From the NCBI GenBank assembly GCA_054600435.1, contig BAAIJX010000039.1:186001-217558 (forward strand): DNA of 31,558 nucleotides, written 5' to 3'. Every line of letters begins with the position of its first letter. Position 1 is the first letter of the stretch. Below, in pieces: positions 22,014-31,558 of the stretch. The notes under the pieces are model-generated. The model had not been told where the DNA came from. It searched no databases and saw only the letters and a list, made by a program, of their open reading frames with translations. The translations under genes were made by a program, and so were the position numbers. The stretch is from Neophaeotheca triangularis. Lineage: Eukaryota.

Positions 22014-23500
22014 ATGAGGAAAACAAACCGCAGCGCGCCTCGCGTTATCGGTAGTGGGGAGGATGAGCCAGCGAGCGCTCCGGGAGGCTCCGGCGAAGCT
22101 TCAGGTACGTTTCTATCTCCAGTCTTGCGACTTTGCTCTGACACACCCTCCAAACAGTACCAGAACGCTGATTGAACGTAGACTCGGTAGCAGCTCGCCC
22201 GGCCTTCAAACCCCGCAAGAAGAAGCTTAACGCGCGCACATCCTTTGGTCTCGGCGGCAATGATGGCGACGATGAGGACGACAGCTCGCAGAGCAGCGGT
22301 GTCATCACCCCCAAGCGCACCAATGCAAAACCAAGCACAAAGCGCTCGTCGCTCCTATCCACCACGCTCGCCCGTCGACCCTCCCCAGAACCCCAAGCGA
22401 AACCCGACTACAGCGTCGCAGCCCTTCGACAACTCCAGAGCAACAACAACCCCACCGAAGCGCATGAGGACAACCCCAACACCTCCCAAATCCCCTCGGC
22501 AATGGATCAAGTCGCGGAAACGACGCAATCCCTCGACCTGAGCTCCAAGTTCGGCACCGACATGTCCCGCTACTCGCAACCCTCGGCGATACCCACTAGC
22601 GCCGAGATAGCGGAGAAGAAAGCCCGTCGCGCACGTTTAGCGAAACAAGAGCAAGCCGACGAGTACATTTCCCTCGACCCGGAGCAGCTTGACGACTACG
22701 CAGGGGAGGATGACGAAAACACCACCGTTGACGCGAGCGGGCGTTTGGTGCTAAAACCCGCCGGTGACAAGTACGGCATGAGTGAGAGCCGGCTGACGAA
22801 GGACGATGAGGATATCATGGAGGGCTTTGCGGAGATGGAGGACGGGCGGTTGGCTTTGGGGGATCGAGCCGAGAAGGCGGCCGAGAGGGCAAGGAAGTCG
22901 GAGATGGCGAGGATGATTGCGGATGCGGAGGAGGGGGATGGGGATGAGGAGGAGGACGATAGTGAGAGGGAGCGTATGGATGCTTTTGATGCCGCGCAGA
23001 CTAGACACGCGACTGGGAAGGGGGAGCCTGGGGCTGCGGGGCTGCAGGCACCGCCGAAGATTGCACCACTGCCTACGCTTGATGGCGCGCTGGAGCGGCT
23101 GAGGCGGCAGATGGAGGGTATACAAATGGATAGGGAGAGGCAGCTGATGGAGGTCGAGGCGCTGAAGAAGGAGAGGGCGCAGATTGCAAAGGAGGAGGAG
23201 CGGATTCAACAGGCGCTGAGAGATACTGCGGCGTACTACGAGAAGCTTAGGGCGGAGAAGGGGATTGAGCAGGCTGGGAATGCTTTGGCTACTTCTACGA
23301 ACGGAGCTCCGTCGCTTGCGATCGGGGCCCAGCAGCAGACCGAGCAGAGTGGTGAGAGTGGTGAGAGTGATGATGGAGATGAGCGGGAAGAGACTCCACG
23401 CATGGGTTTGGGTATGGCCGGCCGTGGCCGTGCGGCTGGAGAGTTTGGGTCAACGGCTGGACTGGGTGCAGCGCCTGCTCCTGGGGAGACTGTAGATTGA
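22014..23500 (+). CDS. NTR2: Nineteen complex-related protein 2 (spliceosome disassembly factor), ~469 aa
   Basis: Exons 22014-22104 and 22182-23500. Motifs IPTSAEIAEKKARRARL, YISLD, ESRLTKDDED..EGF...EDGRLALG and DSERER..AFDAAQTR recall the fungal NTR2 family; a C-terminal coiled coil follows. Confidence 0.8.
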
Positions 23501-24177
23501 CATTGAAGATAATGCCGATACGGCTAGGATCAGAGTGCCGAAGCCTGGCATAAGTTGCAAGCCAAAGATATGTTACAGCTACCTATGGATATGATTAATG
23601 GATGACTTGGTTGTCAGCATCTCATGTACGAGGTGTGCAGAAGTGCAGAACGCACAAGAGGGTTTCTAGAAGGGGAGGATTAGGCTAATAAAGCATGTCG
23701 AGGACGATTGAGAAGCTTGTGGAAGAATGTGATAGGTCGGGTTTCGCTTCCAAGCTCAGACGCTAGGTACCTTGGCCATGTGGAGGGCACGTTGATGTTG
23801 ATGCGGGATGTGCAGCTGCTCACGTGCCCAGCAGCGGAGGCCAGCACCCGCCGTCCGGAATGCGGGCAGAAGTTCCTCGTGTAATTAACATACATACGAA
23901 TGGATAAGGTATAGTATATCCGTGAACGCCACTGACGCTCGCATTGATTTTCTCACTACCCGTAGTATGCACTGGGCCAACCCAGACTCCCAGTGCCCAT
24001 GTACTGTGCCTCCGGAGGTATCGTCGGGCACAGTATTCTGGACTTGCACTCCAAAGGGGGTGACGGCGCAAAGGGCGGGAAGTTGGAACATTGGGCGGGA
24101 ACATTGGGCGGGGTCTAGCGTGTCTTTTGCCTTTAGGTCGGCGGAAAGCCAGTAAGGGTGTCGGTAGGACTGGAGGG

Positions 24178-24681
24178 AGTAGTAGTAGTAGTAGTAGTGG
24201 AGGCCAGCAGGTGTCGTTGTCTTCTGTCCCGGCCCTTCTCTCTCTCTCTCTCCAACAAATCTCCACGAACGGAAGAGGGGAGACTTCAGACTGCCGGTGG
24301 ACTCAAGAGACTACTTATATCATGTACTCGAGAGGGGTAACGTTATGTGACTACCTATTATGTATGCGTGCATCGCTTAACTTAGTTACCTTCTTATTAT
24401 TGCTTCGCTGCTTTGCTATGTACACACTGCACTGTACGAGGTACTAGCCTACTACAGTCTACTGCTACGGCTACATGCTACTACTGCTAATCAAGTGCTA
24501 ACCTCCTACTCCGCTAACGACTAGCCCTTGACGATTCACCATCTCCGCTCTGATATCTACTAGAGTACCTTCTTTACCTTACTACTAATCCACCCGCCGC
24601 CGCCGCCGCCGCACAGAAGCATCGCTGGGCATTAGCTTTCTCTGCTGCTACCATTACCACCACCACCACCACCACCACCAC
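24178..24681. repeat. Cluster of microsatellites upstream of creB: (AGT)7, (TC)n, (CCG)n, (CAC)n
   Basis: Tracts at 24178-24198, ~24237-24252, ~24594-24611 and ~24658-24681. Confidence 0.9.
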
Positions 24682-24961
24682 CTAATCTATACCACTCACT
24701 TCTCTCACTACGCATTAATGCACGATACTTCTCTCCCTAGTCCAGCGCAGTCGCAATCGCAATCGCACATCAACCGAGTACCCACATCTCCACTACCCTG
24801 AACGAATGCCGCTAAACGACATCGTCCGATAGCATCAGCGGCCCTCACGCGCGTGCAAGCGACTTGCTCATACCGGGGACGAGTGAGCGCGATCGGGAAC
24901 CCTCACACGGTCTGCGCCCTCGCGCATCCATCACCACTCATCGCACCGCACACAAAACATC

Positions 24962-27472
24962 ATGTCCTTCTTCAACAAGCTCAAGGGTGCCACGGTCAGT
25001 GTCTCACAGCAAGCTCGCGCGCCAACGGCAAAGTCAAGACATTGGACCGCTTCTTGACCGACCGACCGCCGCTGCCGTCTCGTTCGTTTGTTGCAACACC
25101 ATCAGCTGACAGTCTTGTTCATGGAAGAATCCGCCTCCGGTCCCCGCCAATGCTCAAGCTCTCGCGAAGAAGAACCCTCAAGTGCCGGACCAGACGCCGT
25201 TGGAGAAGCATCTTCAAGATGTCCAGGGCGTTCAGCCTAGGATCGACGGGAGTGACAAGTTCTTTGGATTCGAGAATGTGAGTTGCGCTCGACACTTGCG
25301 AGTAGGTTGCATGCAATGCTAACGACGGGCGCAGTACGGTTCCACATGGTATGCACGACACTGATCGGCAGGCATCGCCAATTGCTCGGCCACTGACTGA
25401 CACTCTCCAGCTATTGCAACTCCATTGTCCAGTGCCTGTACTACTCGGCGCCCTTTCGAGAACATGTCATCAGCTTTCCTTCCAAAGAATTCGTAGAAGA
25501 ACACATACACAAGGGCCAGCCCAATGGCACCACAGACGCAAACGGTGCGCCACTGTCGCCGCGATCGATCAGCACGACACCATACCCCAACCCAAACTCT
25601 CCCGCGAGGAAGCAGATACAATCCCCAGGCTCGCCTGGCCAACAACAGAACAAGCCGGAAGAGAGCAAGGACTCCCCAGAGTACAGGAAGAAGATGGCTA
25701 TACAGCAAGGGCCGGTATTAGACATGGTTCACGACAACAGCAAAAAGTATGGCATGGACGAGTCTCTCTTCACATCGCTCAAGGATATCTTCGAGGCCAT
25801 TATTTCGAATTCGAGCCGGATAGGAGTTGTGAGCCCGCACAAGTTTCTTGAAATTTTGCGGAGAGAGAATGAGATGTTCAGGAGCGCAATGCACCAGGAT
25901 GCGCATGAGTTTCTCAACCTGCTGCTCAATCAGGTGGTGGACAATGTCGAGTTATTCTCGAAGCAGTATCCAGCACTTACCCGGGGGAAAGCAAATGGCG
26001 CCGCGTCTGACCAGAATGCTCTGGAACGAACACCTACCGGAACAATGACTGGCACGAATCACGCATCGGACATGGGCAGCGACACGCACTGGGTTCACGA
26101 TCTGTTTGAGGGCCTGCTGACATCCGAGACACGGTGTTTGACGTGCGAAAACACGTCGCAGCGAGATGAGGCCTTCCTCGATTTGTCCGTCGATCTCAGC
26201 CCGCACACCTCAGTGACTTCGTGTCTGCGGAAATTTTCCGAGGAGGAAATGCTGTGCGAGCGCAACAAATTCCATTGCGACAACTGTGGTGGTTTGCAAG
26301 AAGCCGAGAAGCGCATGAAGATCAAGCGGTTACCGCGCATTCTCGCTCTTCATCTGAAGCGCTTCAAGTATACAGAGGATCTTCAGCGGCTGCAGAAGCT
26401 TTTTCACCGTGTAGTATACCCGTTCCACTTGCGGTTATTCAATACGACAGAGGACGCCGAGGATCCGGACAGGCTGTACGAGTTGTACGCTGTGGTGGTG
26501 CATATAGGAGGCGGACCGTATCACGGCCACTATGTCTCTATTATCAAGACGCAGGACAAGGGGTGGCTACTTTTCGACGACGAGCTTGTGGAGCCGGTAT
26601 CAAAGGACTATGTTCTGAGCTTCTTTGGTGGAGAACCGGTACCTGGTGTTCAAGACGCCAAACAGCTCGCCTGCGCCTACGTGCTGTTCTATCAGGAAAC
26701 GACACTAGAGGCGGTCCTCAAGGAGCAAGAAGCAGAAGGCCAAAGCACCCCTCCACGGGCTTCGGCGGATGTGCCTACAGGTGTCGCGAGTGATGGCGGA
26801 CCCTCTCTCACGAAGCCTACCAACGGCCTCCAACCCTCCATGACAGTGCAGAGCCCCGTAACCGAAGAGATGGAACACATGGATCCTCTTGCGCACGCCT
26901 CGACCGCTCCGAACATTGGCTCGCCTGGCGGTCATGCAACACCACAGCCGAATTTGAACTCGATACCGACCCCTCCTGCCATCGGCACGGGCGCTGCGCC
27001 TTCGAAGTCCAAAAAGGAGCTCAAAGCGGAAGAGAAAGCGCGCAAAGCCGCCGAGAAAGAAGAAGCGAAAGCATTGGCCAAGAAGCGACAAGAACAATCC
27101 ACCCGCCGTGCCGAAGCCTGGCGCAAACAGGAAGAAGAACTGAAGCAAGTAATGGAGCTGAGCAAGCAGTCTGCCGTCGAGGAAGCCCGGACTAGAGGAC
27201 CCGAGAACAGTACGACAACTAGTGCTAACAATGGCGCCAGTGCCGGACAGCAGCCAGCTCCTTCGAGTCCGGTGGTTGAGAAGAGTGGATTCGGGCGTTT
27301 CGGCCGGACAAGCATGAGTTTGCGGGCGAAGCCGAAGCTTTTCGGTAGCAAGGAGAAGGAAATTCAAACCAGTCAAGATGCTTCAGGGGTCAGTGGCGCG
27401 GCGGAACAAGATCAGGAGAAGAAGATGAAGAATCGCTTTAGTTTGGGGAGGAAGAAGAGCGCGTTGATGTGA
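24962..27472 (+). CDS. creB: Ubiquitin-specific protease, CreB/Ubp9-Ubp13 (USP12/46) family, ~752 aa
   Basis: Exons 24962-24994, 25128-25277, 25335-25348 and 25411-27472. Cys box [37 protein letters not shown] zinc fingers, LHLKRF and His box [17 protein letters not shown]. Confidence 0.92.
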
Positions 27473-28186
27473 AGGGTGACAATGAGACGGGATGCGAGCA
27501 TCTGCTGACTTGTCACTTCTTGTGTGTCCTTAGGAGGGTTGCGAGCTGTGCTGAGCTGCTGCAATACCTCGACCAAGAGATGTGGATGAAATGTGGCCTT
27601 CGATTTCTTGTGCATATGGTGACACGGGGCAGGCGGTCTTTTTTTGTTTGGAGTGTCTATACTGGCGACGGCGCTTGTGGCGTTTAGGGAAAGGGCTCTG
27701 CGGATGCAAGGGCATTACGATCCCAGACTCGCATCACGGGCACAGAGGAGCTCGCGATGTTGTGGGTGGGAAATTGAAAGGCATTGCCCCCTTTTTAGGG
27801 AGGCAGGCCTTTTTCCGTTGGCTGTAACATACCATAAGGGCCGCCGTCTATTCTGCGGCAAGGCCTTTGCGATACCAACACTTTGACAAATTGATCGATT
27901 TTACTTATGCTATCGCTCATACTTTCTTTCGCGTTATGTATTGTTCCGATCTACAAGTGTTCGTAAGAAGGTCGAGTCCAACAGGGGGTTGCTTGGCTAA
28001 GAAAGCGGAGACGGACTTGGGTCCGGCCGGGGAGCTTTGGACCACATACATGTGCAGCACCAGCTTCTTGCACTGCTACACTAAACAACTTACCACAGTC
28101 AGTCCTTACAGCTGCGCTTTCCTTTGGGAGATTTTCGAGTCCATCAGTGCCACCTGAATTTCCTAGATCCTCCAGATATCACCACC

Positions 28187-30991
28187 ATGGCCCAGGCAAA
28201 TGGCGCGCATACGCCAGATGCCCTCGATGCTGGTAACTACACGCCCCGAAGCACATGAACCCACACGTAGCTAATGTTCCTTTTCTACTCAGTCGATTAC
28301 GACCCAATGGACCACCTCAACGCCCTTTTCACCCACCAATCCACCCTCTCCTCCGCACCCGCCATCTCCCACCGTCTGCGCCAACACCAAACCCACCTCT
28401 CCCACGACATCTCAACCCTCACAGCAGCCCAAACCGCCAACGACGCCTCCAGCATCGCCCGCATCCAAACCGCCAAAGCCGAGCTACAACAACTCTTCGC
28501 GAAGATCGAAACCGTGCGCGCGCGCGCCCTGGAAACAGAGCGCACCATCACAGCCATGACAACGGATATCAAAACCCTCGACTCCACCAAACGCAATCTC
28601 ACCCTCTCCATGACGGCTCTCAAGCGCTTGCAGATGCTCACGACGGCTTACGAGCAGTTGCGGTCGCTGAGCAAGACGCGGCAGTACGGCGAGTGCGCGC
28701 AGCTGCTGCAGGCGGTCCTGCAGCTCATGGCGCACTTCCGGAGCTACAGGAGCGTGGAGCAGATTGCCGCGTTGTCGAGGAATGTTGCGGAGTTGCAGCG
28801 GGAGTTGCTGGAGCAGGTTTGCGAGGACTTTGAGGTGGTTTTTGCCAAAGGCGAGGTCGGGGCTAAGAGGGCCATGTTGGCCGAGGCTTGTGGGGTTGTC
28901 GATGCGCTCGGGGAACATGCGCGGGCGAGGGTGGTGAATTGGTATTGTAATACGCAGCTGAGGGAGTATCGGAGGGTCTTTAGGGGGAATGAGGAGGCGG
29001 GTGGGTTGGATAATATTGGCAGGCGGTATTCGTGGTTTTTAAGGCTTTTGAAAACGTTTGAGACGGAGCACGCTGGGGTGTTTCCCAGGGACTGGCGCGT
29101 TGATGAGCAGCTTGCTAATGCTTTTTGTGAGGGAACCAGGGAGGATTACAAGGGGATTCTGCAGAGGAGTATGCGGGGCCAGGATGGCAAGGCGCCGGAT
29201 GTTGGGTTGTTGTTGGGGTGCCTACAGGAGACGCTGGACTTCGAGCACGCGTTGGAGAGGCGATTTGCGCAGGCGGCCGGTGAGTCGAGGAGGAGCAGTC
29301 TTGAGACCACCACGTCGTCGAGTGGTGTTGGCGAGGAGAGGAGGCAGGGTTTCAGTCAAGCGATTTCCGAGGCTTTTGAGCCGTATTTGAGCCTTTGGGT
29401 TGAGAGCCAGGATCGCCAGCTCGGGTCACTCATACCCAAGTATCGCGAGCAGCCTATACGGAACCCGGACGAGGAGTTCCATGCGCAGCTGGTGGTGCCG
29501 AGCTCGACGGAGCTGTTTCATCATTATAGGATCACGCTGGCGCAGTGTGCTAAGCTATCTACAGGCGGGAGACTGCTGGAGCTCACCACGACGTTTGCAA
29601 AGTATTTGGATGCTTACTCGCAGCAGGTGCTGTTCCATTTCTTTGGGGAGAAGTCTGGATCTCAGGGGCCGAGCGTGGAGGATACGGTCATTATACTGAA
29701 CACGGCCGACTATTGTTACCAAACTACCAACCAGCTAGAGGAGAAGATCAGGTTGCGTATCGACGAAGAGCTGCGTGAGAAAGTAGACTTCCAATCGCAA
29801 GCCGACAGCTTCATGGGCATAGCCTCCGCGGCCGTACGAGCGCTGGTCCATAAAGCAGAACTCGACTGCGAGCCAGCCTGGCGAGAAATGCGCTCTATAC
29901 CGTGGGCGAAACTTGAGAGCGTCGGTGACGCCAGCCCCTACATCTACACCCTCGACAGCCGTATCAAAGAACGCAGCAAGGAAATCCTCCAATACCTCTC
30001 CAGCAACAAACCGCAATATGCGCGCGCCTACTGCGACAATCTCCTCGACAGTCTGGTAAACAACTACATTACGTGCATCGTCGCCGCCCGCCCCATCTCC
30101 GAAACAGGCGCCGAGCAGATGCTCCTCGACTCCTACAGCCTCAAAAAGAACCTCACAACCCTGCCTACCCTCACCGCCGAAGCCGGTACTCCGCCCAACG
30201 CTGCTTTCACCAAACGCATCAACGCCTCGACGGCCACGAAACTCGACCCCATCCTCAAAACCCTGCAAGTCCGCGCCTCGCCCCCCGAAGGCCTCGTCCA
30301 AGCCTACCTCATCCACATACGCGACAAATCCGAACCCAATTTCCGCAAACTCCTCGACATCAAGGGCCTGACGCGCCGTCAGGATCAATCCCACCTCCTC
30401 GAACTCTTCAACGCCCACAAAGCCAGCCCCGCCAACTCGGACTTGCAGGCCTCCAACTCCGTCGTAGCAGCGCTGAATCTAAACGCCGCAACAACGGCCT
30501 CATCGACATCCTCTCTCGCGACCGGCGCGGCCGCAGCAGCGGGCTCCGCGGCTTCCAACGCCGCCGCCATGACCGGCGCAAGCGGCTTATCGGCTCTCAA
30601 ACGCGAAAACAACACGGCGACCCACTCGACGCCCTCGCTACCCGCGCGCTTCGACCCGAGCCATTTCGGCGCCGCCCTCATGTCCGCGGCCAAAGACGGC
30701 GTCGACCGCTTCGGCACCCCGACACTGGGCGGGAGCGTCGGGGGCAGCGGCGTCGGCGCCAGTGCCGCGGGCAGTCGCGTCAGCAGCCCGCCGCCTGCTG
30801 CCGGTGCTGGAGCGGGGCTTGCCGAGGGGAATAACCTGATGGCTGGGCTGGAGACTGCGGGTGCTGGGTTGGAGGGGAACTTGAAGAGTATTGGGAAGTT
30901 TTTCCGGAGAGATGTCACTGGGGGGTTTGGGGGGTTTGGGAGGCGCGCGGCGGGTGAGGGCGAGGGGAGGAGTAGTTTGGATAGGCGGTGA
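28187..30991 (+). CDS. VPS53: GARP complex subunit Vps53, ~914 aa
   Basis: Exons 28187-28232 and 28293-30991. Motifs DYDPMDHLN, TDIKTLDSTKRNLTLSMTALKRLQMLTTAYEQL, LDNIGRRYSW, ILNTADYC and GAEQMLLD. Confidence 0.95.
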
Positions 30992-31130
30992 GGAGGGTGG
31001 GTTGTGGTTGTGGCTGGTGCTGCTTGTGTAATGTACGCTTGGGTGGTCGGTGTGGTTTGGTGTAGATTTTTGTCATTGCTGCTTTGGCGCTGAGAGCGTG
31101 TTGATCGAGAGGCAAATATGTCTTCTCTTT

Positions 31131-31200
31131 TGGCTCCTCTTCTTCTCCTTCTTCTTCTTCCTCTTCTTCCCCTCCTTCTTCTCCTTCTTCTTCCCTCTCT
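31131..31200. repeat. Polypyrimidine, imperfect (CTT)n tract downstream of VPS53
   Basis: About 70 nt almost entirely C/T on the + strand. Confidence 0.9.
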
Positions 31201-31558
31201 CGCCTTGGCTGTATCGGTCTTGCGTCGTTTTCAAATGGGTCATGAAGTTGCGTGAAGAACCGATATAAAGGAGGCAGACTCTGTCAGTAGTAACAAAGAC
31301 AGGAAGCAATATTGAGCGCAGGATCAGACCGACAGCAGGATTCGAAACTCAGTAGAAGGTGTAGTATCTAGCAAGTACGGCGGCCGAGAACAACTAGCAC
31401 ATACATTTTCCCGAGAGAGCGAAGTTTCCTCAAGTGTTTGAAAATTCAACTCCTTCTCCTTTCGCAGACTCCACGCTATTAAAGTATGCTGCACTGCAGT
31501 GTGGCAAAGCACCCCGGAACGAAGAGACAACCCCCCCCCCCCGCAGCAGCCTTCGCCC

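Noticed and set aside
29735..30918. Long antisense and alternative-frame ORFs over VPS53 (likewise over the APH gene, ARO8, IPP1 and creB)
   Set aside because: They are shadows of biased codon usage in the real genes and have no recognisable motifs.
31359..31369. GTGTAGTATCT matching the U2 snRNA branch-recognition region
   Set aside because: The flanking U2 sequence (stem I upstream, GTTCTT and Sm site downstream) is missing; a short chance match.
1..31558. Functional gene cluster, for example RNA processing (SmG, RCL1, RRM protein, NTR2)
   Set aside because: These genes are interspersed with unrelated housekeeping genes, and nothing in the sequence indicates co-regulation or a dedicated pathway.

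Overview
Gene-dense eukaryotic DNA from a filamentous ascomycete. Short GT-AG introns with CTRAC branch sites and the protein families point to Pezizomycotina, probably Dothideomycetes (inference). By splicing the sequence by hand I can support 15 protein-coding genes: a partial short-chain dehydrogenase, SmG, an APH/ACAD10-like phosphotransferase with a PTS1, a CLIP-170/Bik1 homologue, Aro8, TMEM14, Ost2/DAD1, Rcl1, a glycine-rich RRM protein, an uncharacterised ~720-aa protein, Ipp1, MrpL44, Ntr2, a CreB/Ubp9-13-like deubiquitinase and Vps53. This is an ordinary housekeeping region: I see no rRNA, complete tRNA, transposon, CRISPR array or secondary-metabolite cluster, and no convincing wholly new system. 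The most interesting signals concern gene structure: a competing stop-introducing 3' splice site in NTR2, an IPP1 N-terminal extension suggesting dual targeting, 8-nt and 14-nt micro-exons, hairpins in the longer introns, blockwise C-rich/G-rich synonymous skew within genes, and an intergenic 58-bp direct duplication. All gene models and family calls come from reading motifs, not from database searches.
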